From the NCBI GenBank assembly GCA_965202585.1, contig OZ241827.1, forward strand, positions 36,084,001-36,148,000: a stretch of DNA of 64,000 nt. Direction: 5' to 3'. The DNA is from Thalia democratica. Taxonomy: Eukaryota. The translations under genes were made by a program, and so were the position numbers. Shown here one piece after another: positions 35,069 through 50,000 of this stretch. Under the pieces are notes generated by a model that saw only the letters and a list, made by a program, of their open reading frames with translations, had not been told where the DNA came from and did no database searches. Positions within the stretch are counted from its first letter, which is position 1, and every line of letters starts with the position of its first letter.

Positions 35069-38000
35069 AGCTATTACGGGTTTTGTAGTGAGCTTATAAA
35101 TTTCATCATTGATTGAAATTCCGGGAGCTGTAAGAACGGGAATTATGTTTGTTTTTTAATTAAAAAACCTATTTTTAACAAACTAAATTTTATTTATTTG
35201 TCTATAAAAAACTACTTATAATTTACTTTACTCTAAATAAAATGCGCAAAATAAAAACAGTATTTCATTACTTCAACGCATCTTAAAATTAGAGATCTTC
35301 TGTGAACAAGTTGTAAACTAGGAATTGCTTTATTTATGCAAAATGCATCCCGAAAAATAAATTAACTAGTTAATTGTGAAATTATCTAAATGACTTCTAC
35401 ATAGTTAACAATAACAAAAAAAATTAACCAAGTTTAAACAATACTAGATTGTTCAAACTCAGTCTTTTAAAAAGTCTTTCAAACAACAGGGCAAAATAAA
35501 ATACTTTTAGGAATCGGCGACAACAAATCATCTTGGAACCTGGGTCGCAAATTCTTACGTTTTCCCGTCGACTGGGAAGTAAGTGGCGGGGAAGGGGGAA
35601 TAACCCGACAATTACGCATATTTCTGAGCGTGTTCCGCTGAGTGACTTCCTCTTCCTCTGCCTCGGACGAGGACGTACAGGTTGAAGATGAAGACAGAGA
35701 CATGCTACTCCGAGAGGAAAAACTCTCTGCGTCGCTCAAGTCATCATCGTGAGGTGACTTTAAAAAGTTTAGCTTTGGTATTGCGTAGGAAGCAAAAAAA
35801 AATTCAAACACTTTGCTTAACTAAATAATACTCTTAATAAATAGAGAATAAATAAAGAAAAGTAGGTAATCTTTAGTAAAACTTACCAGCTGCCTGTCGG
35901 GGTAATATCTTTGGTTAAATGCCATTGAATTATGGTTTGAACCAATCTTCAACATGTGGCTAGCTCCTGACGAGGTGTCGGGAGTTCGGTTCTAAATATA
36001 AAAAAAATTAAAAATACAGTTTTAAAAACTATAAACTAAGACATCTTACTGATAAAAGGTGTTCAAATGTCTGATTCCTGGAATTTTTAATTAACTTTTT
36101 TTTCTTATATGTTTTGAAACCTTCTCTCATCTCTTTGTTGTTCCATAAGTTTAGAACAAATATTGATGCACTCTAAAAAATTATTTTCATTTAAATACTA
36201 TTTCATTATCATACTAAATCGAAACAAATATATTCTTACCAGGGATATCACTGCAAAAGAATATAAGTAGAAATATAAAGATGAGTTAAAGTTGGTGGCG
36301 ACACAGGCGAAAAACCATGTAATGTAAGACATCACGACAGTAACGAGACTTGAACGGAAATCGTCTTTTATGACTTCACGATTCATGTCAGGCCGCTTTG
36401 AAGTTAAATAAGAAGCAACAGACTTTATAAAGATGATTATGTAGCACAGAAATGAGAATAGAGCTGGCACTGTATGTTAAGTAAAATGTTAAAACTTAGT
36501 AGACATTTATAATAATTAATACTTTATATTTACTCTTAGAATAAAAGTTGAACTTTTTATGTTAATATTTTTAAATGAAAGCTGTGTTTTTAATGTGCTA
36601 AATAATTAAGTAGTAAAATTTTTAAATGCAAACTAACTTTCAAACTTTTTTATACACTCAAAATAAAAGTTTATAAAGAACTTTATTATAAACTAAAAAT
36701 ATAGTTATACTAAATATTCTAACCTTAATTGAAAAGTTGTATTCACATCATGTATTATTATTTTGGGAAATAAGTAGTCTAAATAACCAGCTATGTTTTA
36801 AATAATTATAACAATGTAGTAATATTGTATGAAAAACAGACCATTTTTACTATCTTGTAAATAAACATGACACTTGACCTTGATAATTTAAATAATCTTA
36901 AACCTTTGGTAAAACCTAACTTTTCAACTTTTAAACTTTAAATTGAGTGATGTAATAAGTGTTATGACTTAAAAACTAAATGAATATTTGAAGCAAACTT
37001 GTTATTAAATTTTACTTAAGATATAAAGATATATAAACAAGAACATTTTAATTCAGTTTATTATTGAATTCTTCTTTTTCTATACTGCAGTTATAATTTT
37101 GTTTTTCTAAGCTAAAACCAAAACTAGTTTTATCAACCATAATTTAGACTTTTGAACTTGAATATTTAAATCAAAAACAAACATAAAATCAATTCAGTTT
37201 TACAGACCAACAAAACTCCAAATAAGATAATCTTGAACAGATATCCAACAAAATTCGCTATTTCCAAAACCTTTGGCATCAAGTCCAAGAGATAATGCTG
37301 TTATTACAGAAGGAATTATCCACCCAATTAAATAGTATACTCTGTAATATTTATTGTTATATAATTTACATCCTAGTATATCTATAAGATAGGTAAATAT
37401 TGTTAAAAAAAAGTTTATTATTAGTTTACATTGCTGTATACAAAAAATTGTTGAATGTTTAAAGTTTATTAATATTATTAGTTAATATTGTTGACTATCT
37501 AACCTTGAGTGTCCGTGATTAACATTACGTCTTTCAGTAATCGTTCTGTAGATATGCAAAACATCAACAACAATCCATGCGAAATTGCTTAAAACAAAGA
37601 AATGAATCAGAACGGCAGATGCCATGCACCAATATAAGTCCGCTGTACGCTGTGGTGGAATAAATTATTGTGTTAAAACGTATTTAAATGTTGTTCTTAA
37701 AATCAGAAGCACAAATGAAAAAATGTTTGCACCATTTTTTGATGTTGAAAAGCTATTTTCTAAGTTTTTTCGAGAAATTTATAAGAATCAGTACATATAT
37801 GTAACTGGATTTACAATAGTTAACCACCAAGAATAAAAGTTTTACTAGACTGCTACGGAACAAATGAAAATGATATTACACGAAATAATAGTCTATACTT
37901 ATAAGGTGGAAAATAAAAACATTTTAAAACTTTTAGACATCCTTATAATTCAAGATACATTGGATTTTCGACTACGGTAAACTGAAAAACATATTTAACT

Positions 38001-41000
38001 GGCCAGTATTTGCAGCTTCAGCCCATTGGTAGTAAAAAAATAAATATTTTAATAAAAATTTATGCTACTGAGTGCATATGATCTGTTCTCCTAACTTACC
38101 TGAGGAGAGATAAATAAAACAAAAAAACAGTTATTAGTATCAGAGTTTAGTTATATTTTTTGTAAATTTCTTCCAGGTTTTAAAAAACTAGTTTTATAGT
38201 CCATTTTTAGTATAAAGTTTAACTTAGGTTTCAAAACTGTTCTAAACAGTATAACAACATTAAAAAGATACTGTAAAGCTACTTTAAATGTTTTTTTAAT
38301 GAAAAAATATTTAAACAATACAAAAACTTTAAATCTTAAGGGTAGATTTTTTGTATCTAATCGAAATTTCGTTACTTTACATGTAAAAATTAGTTCGAAA
38401 TTTCAGGTTTTTTAAAGTTTTTTATTGAATTTTGTTCAAAGTTCCAGGTTTTTTCAAAATTTATAAAATTTCAAGTCTTCAACTTTTATTTTGATACCCT
38501 GTAGTATGCATGGATACCCAGAGTTTCTTATTTAAAGAGAAGTTAAATTCCAAGCAGAGAGTGTGTCTGAAAATAAAAATTTGCCTTATGGACCTGAAAA
38601 ATGTAACTTGGTTTTATAGCTACCATATGCAAGAGGAAGTAAACTCTATTAATGGAGAAAAAAGTTACATCGATCGCATAATCTACTTGCTATGCAATAC
38701 CAAGAGTAATCTTTGTATAGGTCTCGACGAGAAGGAATCAAATATAAAACTATGTGAAAAAAATTATTTTACATAAATTAACAAATTTGCTTGTTTTTGT
38801 GACAGGACCTGTATCGGTCAAATAACGCGTCATTTTTAGACAATAATTAAGGATCGTTTTCCAAGGTTTGTGGAGAACTTTTTAGGAGATGAAAATTTTC
38901 AAACGTCAAAAATACTAATAAATGCTGCCAAAGATCAGTAATTTATGTTTCTCTTTCTGTTAACACCAAATATATATGTTTGTTTTGATAAAAATAAACA
39001 TTAGGTTGTTTGTAAAAAATTAAGTTAAATGACTATTAAATTATAAAAAGTTTTATATTTACAAATGTATTAGGTTTACTTATTAGTAAAAAAATACAAT
39101 ATGTTTAATAAATAATAACCTGTATTCCGACGAGAAACAGTATGTTAGCAAAGGAATAAGCAACAACAAGATTTCTGTTCACAATAGAACGGACAGATCT
39201 AACAGCTGATAAGCAGATTTGTGCCAACACGACTACCAATAACATGACGATGGACAGGCTAATAACTATTGTAACCGGGGCTGATACAGAAGACTTTTTC
39301 AAAACACTGTTTGTTGTTTACATCATAAAACAAAACCTTAATAACTTTTACAAAATGAAAAAAAACTTTAATTACAGGGTTGCCAAATGTTTTGGGCTAA
39401 TTTTCTCCAGGTTTTAAAAATTTTCTCCAGGTACATTTTAAGGTCTATTTTTAGTTTAAAGTTAAGTTTAAGGTAAGAAACTGTGTTAAATAGTATAAAA
39501 ACATTGAAAGATACTTTAAAGCTAGTTTAAATGTGTTTTATAATAAAAAATTTCTATCTAAGTCTAAATTTCTAGTCTAAATCTGTTTTTTATCTATATG
39601 ATAGATTTTTTTTGTGTCAAATCGAAATTTTACTACTTAACATGTTTAATTCCAGGTTGTTTAGCCTAAATTGTCAAGTTTTAGGTTTCCAGGTTTTTTA
39701 GCAACCCTGGCAACATATTTAAATATTAGAAAAACTAGTTTTATGGTAAATTTTCAAAATTACTTGCTAAAATTTTGTTAATACAGATTCTAACGAAACA
39801 AGTTCGTTGGAATATACAATAATAATAATAACGATTTTCACAGTACTTTTCTTCATTTAACTGATTTTTTTTTCGCTTTAAAGCTTAACATAAAGTTTTT
39901 TTTCTACTTTAGTCATATATTTAACACTTAGTTGCCTCGTTGCTTTACACTAAAATTAAGTATAAACCATTTATACATTATTATACACTCAGATTGATTT
40001 AATTACAAATTTTTAACTAGTTTTTAAATACAAATTTTATAAGCATATAACGATATGTGTCTGTCCATAATTTTTAGTATATTTTCGAGTACAATATCGT
40101 GACGTAATGTATATTAAAAAATATCTTATCATCTGTTTTAATTTTTTACTCACTTTTTGAAACTTTTAACGTGAGTGTAGTTTATTTTGCATTTTATTTT
40201 GTTTTACTTTTGTTTCAATTTGACGTTAGTTCCTATTAATGTTATAACTGTACTGTACATACTACTCCAAACTTGAATAGTTTCAAATATGATAATTAAT
40301 AATTTTACATGTATAAAATAATAAACGTATAGTTTTTATAAGCACTACAGTTTAAGTTGTACTATACAATCCACATACAACTTTCATAGTATTATTAGTT
40401 TAAATTTATTAATTGAAGTTTATTGATTTACTCCATTTACAATGTTAGTGATTAACATGTACTATATCTACTATTAATTATTAATCTACAATTAATTATG
40501 GCTTATATTTTAGTAAATACACATTTTAATCTTCTTTATATTTTATAATTTTTTTACAGAATTCCGTGGAACTGTGATAATTGTTTAAAAGAGAGAATTA
40601 TATATCACATAGATAAAGAAAAGTACTGTGTAAATTATTGTTAATACTTTAATAAACATATCTTTTTTATCATGAAAAATATTATAAAATTAATTTTATT
40701 AACAATATTAAACTAAAATATATAAGAACGTGGTCAAAGCTGTTAATAAAATTGATCGAGAAAGGATGTAAAACAAATAAATGACTAAGAACAAAAACAC
40801 TACAGCTATTAAAAAAAAAATTTCAGAAAAAACAGTTATACTAATTTTCAAAACGTATTAAGATGGATAAAGTAACAGTGTAACTCTTTAAACATAATTG
40901 ATAAAAACTGTTTAAAATGTACCTAGTGATTTCTTTTTCAGTAATTACAGCAATTGTACCATTCATGTAGCAGTTACAAATAACATGTGTTTTGTTTGAA

Positions 41001-44000
41001 TGTGAATAAATGCAACCATCCTGAGACCAACCCCCAATCGAATTTAGTGAAGTTCTAATTTTAAAAGTATTTACAAAAGTCATTCTCAATAAATAGTAAG
41101 CAACATACTAAAACAAAAATATCATCAATCAAAGTGTAAATTTAGTTATACGTTCATGCAGAAATAACTAATAAAATTTATCAACAAATCTAAATTGTTA
41201 AAGTTTATGAAAAACCTTAACTTTGTGTAAGGTAAAAACCAGTTTCATAAGTATATGTATAAAATAAAATTTTAATTTATTTTTACTTCTACATAAAAAC
41301 ATACTAAATAACTAATAAAACAATGATTACCTAACATTATCTGAAAAATTCCACATAACACACAACGGATCAACTATATTTTCAGGTTTTATCAATTTTA
41401 AACTTATTTGTATTGGATCATCATTACGAGGTATTTCACGCATAAATCCCTTTTCGTCATACACTTTACTAACAAATGTACGATCTTCTTCGCTCATATA
41501 CTTAAATGATTTTCCTCGATATTTCACTACAAAGCTTATCAATTCGCTGTTGACGGTTGGCCTAAATGTTCAAAAACTATATTAAAGTTAAAATATATTT
41601 TACGTAGTTCCATTTTACGAACATACTATTTTAGCAATTAATTCTTAAACTCTAGAAAAAAATCATCTAAAAAACGATCTGAAGTAAATCTAAAAAAACT
41701 TTTTTTTTAACCTTTTTGGTATTCTTACTGATTGACTCACTTCAAATGATAATGGAAAAATGTCTTTTAATGTTTTAAACGACATTATTCCAACTACGAT
41801 TGAATTTGCTGTAACACAAAAAAAAATTTAAAAAGATGTAAGTATTTTATATATAAGTTTATTAGTTTAATGAGTATACTTACTCATTTAGTTAGAATAT
41901 GAACAATTATTGACACAGTGTTTTAAGGAGTTCATGTTTCTAAATTTAAATAGTTGATTAATATAAAGATCTTACAAAAAAGTTCACCAGAACGCAGACT
42001 TCTTTTTTTAGTCTTTTTCGTTTTATTTTTAATAAATAAAGTGTTTGGTAGCTTCATATAAACTCCACCAAGCAACATATCGTTTGGAACTGAAAACATT
42101 TTTTCTGGAAATATGAATATTGAACTTAAGTTTTACAATTTAAATTTGTGTAACCACGTAGATTACAATAAAAAAAAAACTGTATCGAGAAAATTTCGCT
42201 GCTACTTAGCTTCATGTTTATTTTTATGAATTTTTAACTATTAAAATTTACGATTAGTAAACACGTGTTAATCAAATAAATTAAAGCATTAAGCTTTTAA
42301 TTTGTGTACGTAGCAGCTAATATTTACGTGAGTTTTAAGCTTCGTAAACTTTAAAATATTTTTCAAAGGAAATAATAAAGTGCATTAAATGTGTTATCAT
42401 TATAGTAATATTCAAAAATTTTTTATCAAAATACAAAATCTATACAAAGATACTTTATTATTGGCAAAAAAGCATTAAAAATAGCAAATACTAAAATTAA
42501 TTATAGGTAAAATCAATTACTTGGTTTTTACAAACGGACAATACTTTATAGTTAATTCTAAACAAAGTTTTGTTTTTGTTAAAATAAAATCTTAAACTCT
42601 AAATGCTATAAAAAAAGTAAACAAATAAACAAAAACAAAATTTTGAGTTGTAGGTAAAAAATATAGTTATTGCTACTTGCTAAAATGGTTAAAACAAAAA
42701 CTAACCGTCGTTCTTGCCTAATGTGTCTAATGAAAACAAAATGTTTTCAGACGAAATATATTTAGCCCTGTCTAAATGTACTTTTTCAGCGTTTTCAACG
42801 AGTGTACTAATATAGTTTTGCCAATTCTTAATTAGGTACGGGGCTGACAAACCCGTGCTCGGATTTTCCATTTTCCAGAAGCGTTGTGTTTTGTTTGAAA
42901 TGATAGCAGATGTTGCTCGAACTAAATCACCTTTGGTAATGTATAAAAAATTAACTTCCGTTGTTTTATTGTCGGAAAGGATTTTGTTGTATTCAAAAAC
43001 TGTTTGCAGCTTAAAAACACTACACTTGTCATTTGAGAAATGTTATTAGTACCTAAAGCTTTTTGAATTGATATTCAACTCCTTATCAAAACTAAAATAA
43101 AAAGTAAAACTGTTTAAAACTTACTTATACAAGGTTATAAAAAGCAAGCTGTACAAACCAAAGTTAAAAAGCAAAGTTAAAAAGTCAAACTAAAGTTATC
43201 TAATTGATTTTCAAAAAAGTTTTTTTTTTTTTGCTGCTACTAGTGTGTTTAACTTTTATACTTCTTGTTTTATTAGCATCAATTCTAGACTATAAACCTT
43301 ACCTCAGGCACACCTTTTAAGAACCTTGAAATTATTCTCAATTTTTGATATCTGATACGGTAAACATTTATGCAAATGATAAAAAATATCACTACGCTTG
43401 TCTTGTCCTTTACAATCAGCAAAACATTTGATGCCATGTCTATTTCTATTCTATGTGATACATGCGCTGGTCTACAGAGCAGGTATACTTGTATATGACA
43501 TTTTCGTCAAATATTTCTGAACATTTCTGAACACTTGCTTTTAGTTTAACCTGAATGCTAATGCAATACACAAGTATGGGAGTTATGTATGAGCTTTGTC
43601 GATTTCAAAAAGAACTTTTCAAAATTACAAAAGTATTGTTTAAAAATTAATATGCAGAGCAAATAATATGAACTTAAATAAATAACTTTCTCGAAAGCCA
43701 TAAAATCAAAATTTTAACTTTTAAACAAGAACAAAAAACGAATACTGGCAACAACTCTGAAATTGATTAACTTTATGATATTATTCGTTAAAATTACAAA
43801 AACCAATTAGTAGTGTTTTTTTTTAATAATACCAGCATACATCACCAAAAAAGTGTCTGAATATTAAGTGTCTGAATAAAAGTGTTCAGAAATGTTTGAC
43901 GAAATGTCATATACAAAAATATCTGCTCTTAAAATCAAAGCATTTCCTACAAAACATAGACATCACTTCAAATGTTTGGAAGAGTTGCTAACTGTGAAGG

Positions 44001-47000
44001 ACAAAAAAGCTTAGAGCTATTTTCGATCATTTGTATGAATGTTTACCGTGTTAAACTCAAATATTGAGAATAGGATATCTTCAATGTTTATAAGAGGTGT
44101 GCTCAATGTGAGTTTTAAAAATTAGATCCGATGCTAATTGAACAAATACGCCAAAAATAAACACACAAGTAGCAGCAAATGGAAAATAGCTTTGTTTTAA
44201 ATTCATTAGATTATTTTAAGTTTTTTAATTTAGCTTGAATAGCCTTACCTTTTATTACCTTCTAAAACTAAGCCATAATCAAGTGAAATTTTAAAAAATA
44301 TTCTAAGCAGTTTTACTTTTGATAAATAAATTGAATGTAACTTAAAAAGAATTACATATTAAATAAGTTTTTTAAAATTAGATACAGGGTTCCCACTAAA
44401 ATTTCCAAAAATTTTTAGGGAAATCCATAAAATATAGCATATTTATAGGGATACTATCAAAAAAAAAAAAAGGACTTTAAACGTTACGATCATATTTTTG
44501 AGGTACGTAAAGTAAAACATGTCATAAACTGTTTATAAGCACAGTCTTTATAGAGTTTTACGAAAGTTCGAAGGTGTTTGAGCTCTAATTTTAGTTCAAT
44601 TAGCAAACTTCAGATAAATTGTACTTAATATTAATGAAAAAAATTTTATTCGCTAGGGGTGGTACCATAGAGTCATAGTTTGTACGGAGACTGCAAATAC
44701 TTAGATTTAAAAATAATTAATACTTTTTTACTTATTTTCACCACGCGGTGTCACTGTTTTGGCTTTCTAATTTCAATCACCAACCAAAAAAAAAACGTAA
44801 TTTATAGTGATTTTCACATATTTTTAAATTTTGTCTAGGGATTTATAGGATTTTTCAGAATATTGCAAATTTCTAGGGATTTCTACGAAAATTATAGAGA
44901 TTTATAGGGAAGTGGGAACCCTGTAAATATTTAGAGATTTAAAATTGCAAATGGTTTTCGAAAACTTCATTTATTTCAAAGTAAGTGCAATAAAAACAGC
45001 AAACTAGTCAAATATAACTATTTTCTCGGTTTGAAACTTTTAATAATAGTAATTTTTTAAATATTAGTTTGTATAAAATATAGATCAAACATACTTTTAA
45101 AAACGTTATGAATAGTAAAATAAGTTTAATATGTACTAATTTTTTTTGTAAAAGTTACAACAATCATAATCGTTCAAAAATTTCTAATTTTTTTATAGCG
45201 GCAATAATCTAAAATATAATTTAAAACTATTGAAAAACTTTTTTATAGAGTAATTTTTATTAATTTAACTTAAGAAATGTTATTGAGAACTGATTAAGAT
45301 ATAAAAATCATGTTAAGTTTAATATCTAAATATAAAATATTAAAAATTAAGTTCCGCTAGTAGCTGCTATAAAACCATAAATGTAAATAAACTGATTTTA
45401 CAAATAACCTCCTTTTTTTAATAACATTTTTCTTTTTAAGCTCGACTATGAATAACAAAACTTTTCATTAATGTTTTTATTTAACTACTAACATTTAAAA
45501 TTTGTTTATCAGTTATGTAATTTTGGTTAGCTTTTATTATTCAAAGAAAAAAGGTTTTAAAACGTTTAATATGGTATTTTTTTTTATAAATTAAAGTTCG
45601 TATTAATCTTAAAGACAAAATAAAAAGTAAATTACAAGAATCTATTTGTGATACACTTGTTATAAACTACTTCTGATAAATTTTTTTAATAAATATACCC
45701 TAAAACTAAACTTCATTAATATATTTGTAAATTAGGTGAAAAAACTATTAGACCATCGATCAAGTAAGTCCTAAACAGTTTAAAAGCAGAGCAGTTACAA
45801 AATTAACCTGTAAAAGAAGTCTCACGAGCCATTGCTAAACCGAAACCAGACTGCAAGCATTCATGTTTCAGTAACAAACTGATAAGATTTGAAGAAATTT
45901 CAATATCGTTAGCGTAAAACTTCTGCGTTGATTCAGTTATCACTCTGATTTTCATTGCCAAGTTTGCAAGACTGAAACGTAAACGCTCAATGTTACATTT
46001 ACAAATACTTTTTTTATTAGTAAAAACTAAATCAATACTATTTATATAATAGTATTTAAAAGCAAAACTTATAGAATACTAATATATGTTTATTACATAT
46101 TTATTAGAATAAGAAAAAAATATTAAACATATATTAGTGATAGAGTTTTTAATTTTTCAAAAAAAAATTCAAAGTTTTGGACAAATAAATGGTTTTAGAC
46201 CAGTGCAAAAAGAGTGAGTATTTTGTAAATAAAGATTTAATTCATTATTAAACATAAGTCTAAATATAGAGTAAAAATATTGTTTAAAAATCACTCAAAA
46301 GGTAAAAAAACACTTAATTATCAAATAACCTTACAACTAAAACGTTCTATTTTCACTGTTAAAAAAATAATAATTGAAGTGAGTAAAACTAACAATTTTT
46401 GACTTAAATATATGTTTTTATTCTCATAACTGGTTGTAAACGATTCAAAAGAAGAGTATTTTTTGTTTGTACAATTTGTAAATGTTGGTTCTAGCCATCC
46501 ATTTTTCCTACATTCTCTTATTGCTTTACCGACGGTATCTTCAGGACAACTACTGTAATCAGCTTGTCCAACTCTAGTTCTTGACCACACAATACCCTGA
46601 CGCCGGTTTTCAGGACACATGTTTACTCCATCAAGAACTTTGCATCCGTTTTTTCCAATCTAAAACAAAAAGAAGTTAAAAAAAGAGTTTTTGATAAAAT
46701 TTTGAAACTTTATTCTTTAAGTTTTTGCTTAAGATAGGACAATAATGTAATAAAAACATGAAAACTTTACTTTAATATATCTGAACGAAAGCTAAGCTAT
46801 TAAAATATATATAAAGTAATTAAAGAGAAACTTATTTAAAAATAAACATAATAAAAAACAGTCCTTTAAGAAAAAGGGTCTTATAGTTAGAGTTTAAAAA
46901 AAATTAATAATTCACATAAAAATATTACATTCCACAAAAACTAAAAATTTTAAACCTCAGCGAAAGCATACGAGCAGTTATCACATTTGTTTCCATAAAC

Positions 47001-50000
47001 ATTTTTTTTGCAAAAACACTTTCCTAATTCATTACTACAGCTTCTACTTAATGAACCAGGACTGTAGCAATCACAGGGATGACAAGAGTTAGTAGCAGAC
47101 TTGTAGTAAAAGTTTTTCTGCGTGAAAATTTATCTTTTATTCAGTATATAGAATCAATAATTAAAAACTTACATTTTCTTTTTAAGTTATACTTACTTTA
47201 CAATGACAGGCACCGGTTAAAGAGTGGCATATAAGGTCATAATGTTTAGAAGTAGAACACTTGCAAGGGGCACACATCCCGTCTTGACCATACCAACCTG
47301 TTGGGCATCTTCCTGATAATTTAAACTGACAATTTTCACCAGTGTAGCCAGCCTTGCACTCGCATCTGTACCCATGAACTTTATCTTTGTCTAATTTGCA
47401 TACAGAATTTTTAAAACATGGATTGAAGTCACAGACTGAAGTACAGTTAGATCCAACGTATCCTATGAATTTTTTTTTATAAAAGAAAATGTTATAAAGT
47501 ATTTAGCACTTTAAACTGTACAATAAAGATAGTAAAAAAAAAATAAAGTAAAGAAAACTTCAGACAAAAATAGAAAGTTCAAAAAGTTTAACTCTTATGC
47601 ATAAAACAAATATACAATTAAAAGTTATCTTCTAAACGCTAAATATTTTTTCTATAAGCGGCAAAAATTAAATTTGTTAAGTAAATGATTTTCAATAAAA
47701 AATTATGTTTATATTTAAACAATTTTTATTAGATTGAATAACCTTTTTTGCACTTGCAAAAATAATTAGCCCAAGTTGACACGCAATAACTCCCCACCGA
47801 GCAAGTATTTTGTAATGGACAAGTGTCATGACTACTGCATTTAGATGAAAACTTAGCACCCTTAGTAGGAACAACATTGTCTAACAACTTGAAAAGATAT
47901 GTTTTGTCCACTTTCAATATCACGTTCTGTATTAAAAAAAACGTTTAAAATATACTTATATAGCATTATGTTATACGTTATAGGAAAACTATTCAGCCCA
48001 TATAAATTTTTTTTTACTAACAAGTGAATAGCACGTTGTGTTCATAAACTAGAAAACAAACATTTTACTATTGGACGATCAAATAAAAGTTGAAGTGTGA
48101 GATAGCAGCATCAAAAGATATTTTAAACGACAAAGCGGCGCGCGCAACACTTTGTGTAGCTCATGTTGCTTTGATAAAAAGCTATATCATTATGACATTA
48201 ACTCATGCGTAAAAACAGTAATTTATTGAGTCAGTTAAAATTTTGCATGTAAAAATTACTACATTTGAACTAACAACTTTAAACTACCGTTTATAAAATA
48301 ATTGTGTAAAAATTGGTGCTACACAAGTTTTTAAGTATTAAACAGCGTTTTAGATTTGAACTTAAAAAAATACGTGCATACGAGTACATGATTTTGTGTT
48401 TAGTAAGTAATACGTAACATTATTTGTTCTTTTGTTTTTCTAAATTTTGTGTCAAAATAGCATTAAATGAGTTCCACTTTATAGTCTAATAAAAAAAATT
48501 CTAATATGATATGATTATGGTTTACAGTATGTAGAATCAGAAATTACATATCATAAATTTTATAATCTTACAGTAGTATAAACACTGGTTTTTTACCGAA
48601 CGTTACAAAAACCATTAAAAACGATTTCAAAGTTAATAAAAGTATTTGAAAATAAAAAATATTTTTTATGACACGTAGTTCTCCGATTTCTAGTTATGTA
48701 GTAAACAATATCAATCAAATATAAATTGAAACTCAAAAGTTTACTAAAAATATTGTCACAAATCCTTTTGACTTTTCATGTTTTACCGATTACAAATGTA
48801 AATGTTAATTTATATACTATTTAATTCCAAACTTTTATGCCAAAATGCATTAACACACAGTAATTTAATCAAACTGTGCTTATTTTATATTAAGAATAAA
48901 ATCAAAATACTAGTTTTTTTTCTAATAATTTTTACAAAATAATAAAGCACAATTTAAAACTTAAAAATAGAATTTATAAGGTTTCAAATTTCCACTAAAC
49001 TAAAACTAGACAATTATTAAAATAAACTGGTGTATTTTTTAATAAATTATGTTTAGGTTAAAAAAATTGACACTAAAATTTTATTTTTTTAATAAAAAAA
49101 AAAACAGTTTCAAGTGCTAATTTAATCAACAAAGAATTAGTAATACGAAGCAAGTACCAGATGCATTGTAAAGGCTTGAGTTTTATGTAAGAATAGCCAA
49201 GCGCTTTTTAAGTGTACTTGACACTTTAGTTTTAGTGAAAAAATCGCTAAAACCGTTTTGTTTTTTACTTGGCCAAAAAGATTAAAATATATACAGTTTG
49301 TCTTATTTAACAAAAATAGTTATTTAACTGAAGTTTTTCAAATGAGTTTACTTTTTATTATAAAAAAACGTACTGTAGCAACTTAAATACTTTTTTATTT
49401 AAAACTGGTATGTATGTTTTAGATTTAGACAGTAATTAAATATAAACCAAATCTGTTTTTAAGTAAATTAAGATTATGAACTAAAAAAAGGAGATTGAGA
49501 TCCAATATTTTTAAAATATTATTTATTAATAACTACAAACTGACTTGAAAACAGCCGGCAATAGTTTCGAAATTTTTTCTACTGGACTTGCCACCGATGC
49601 TTATTGTTTTCACAATAACTTTACCAAGCCAATTTTCCGATGAAAATACTTTACTAACCTAAAATTTTAATAGTTAAAATACTTAATATTAATCGAGCAA
49701 AAAAAAAAAATCTTACAATTTCTTTTCCATAATCAATGTCCATAATTACAGTTATTAAGTCATCGTTTTTCAGCCAATCAAAATGTATAGTATGCCATTG
49801 TCCATTGTTTAATAAAATTTTATTCGATTTTATGTTAAAAATTTTTGTCCCATCATATATCTCATACCATAACTTGCCTTGGGAAAGCTAAATATAATTT
49901 TATAAAATAAATACTTTTGCTTTAAAACAAAATAGTTTTTGAAATGTACAAAATACCAGTTGACAAAAAAGTTATATTTTGTACATTAAGGAAAAAACAG

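Noticed and set aside
37624-37700. Start of plus-strand ORF 37624-37836 as a gene
   Set aside because: It overlaps the CELSR TM3 exon on the opposite strand, and its 3' part is PLE RT debris.
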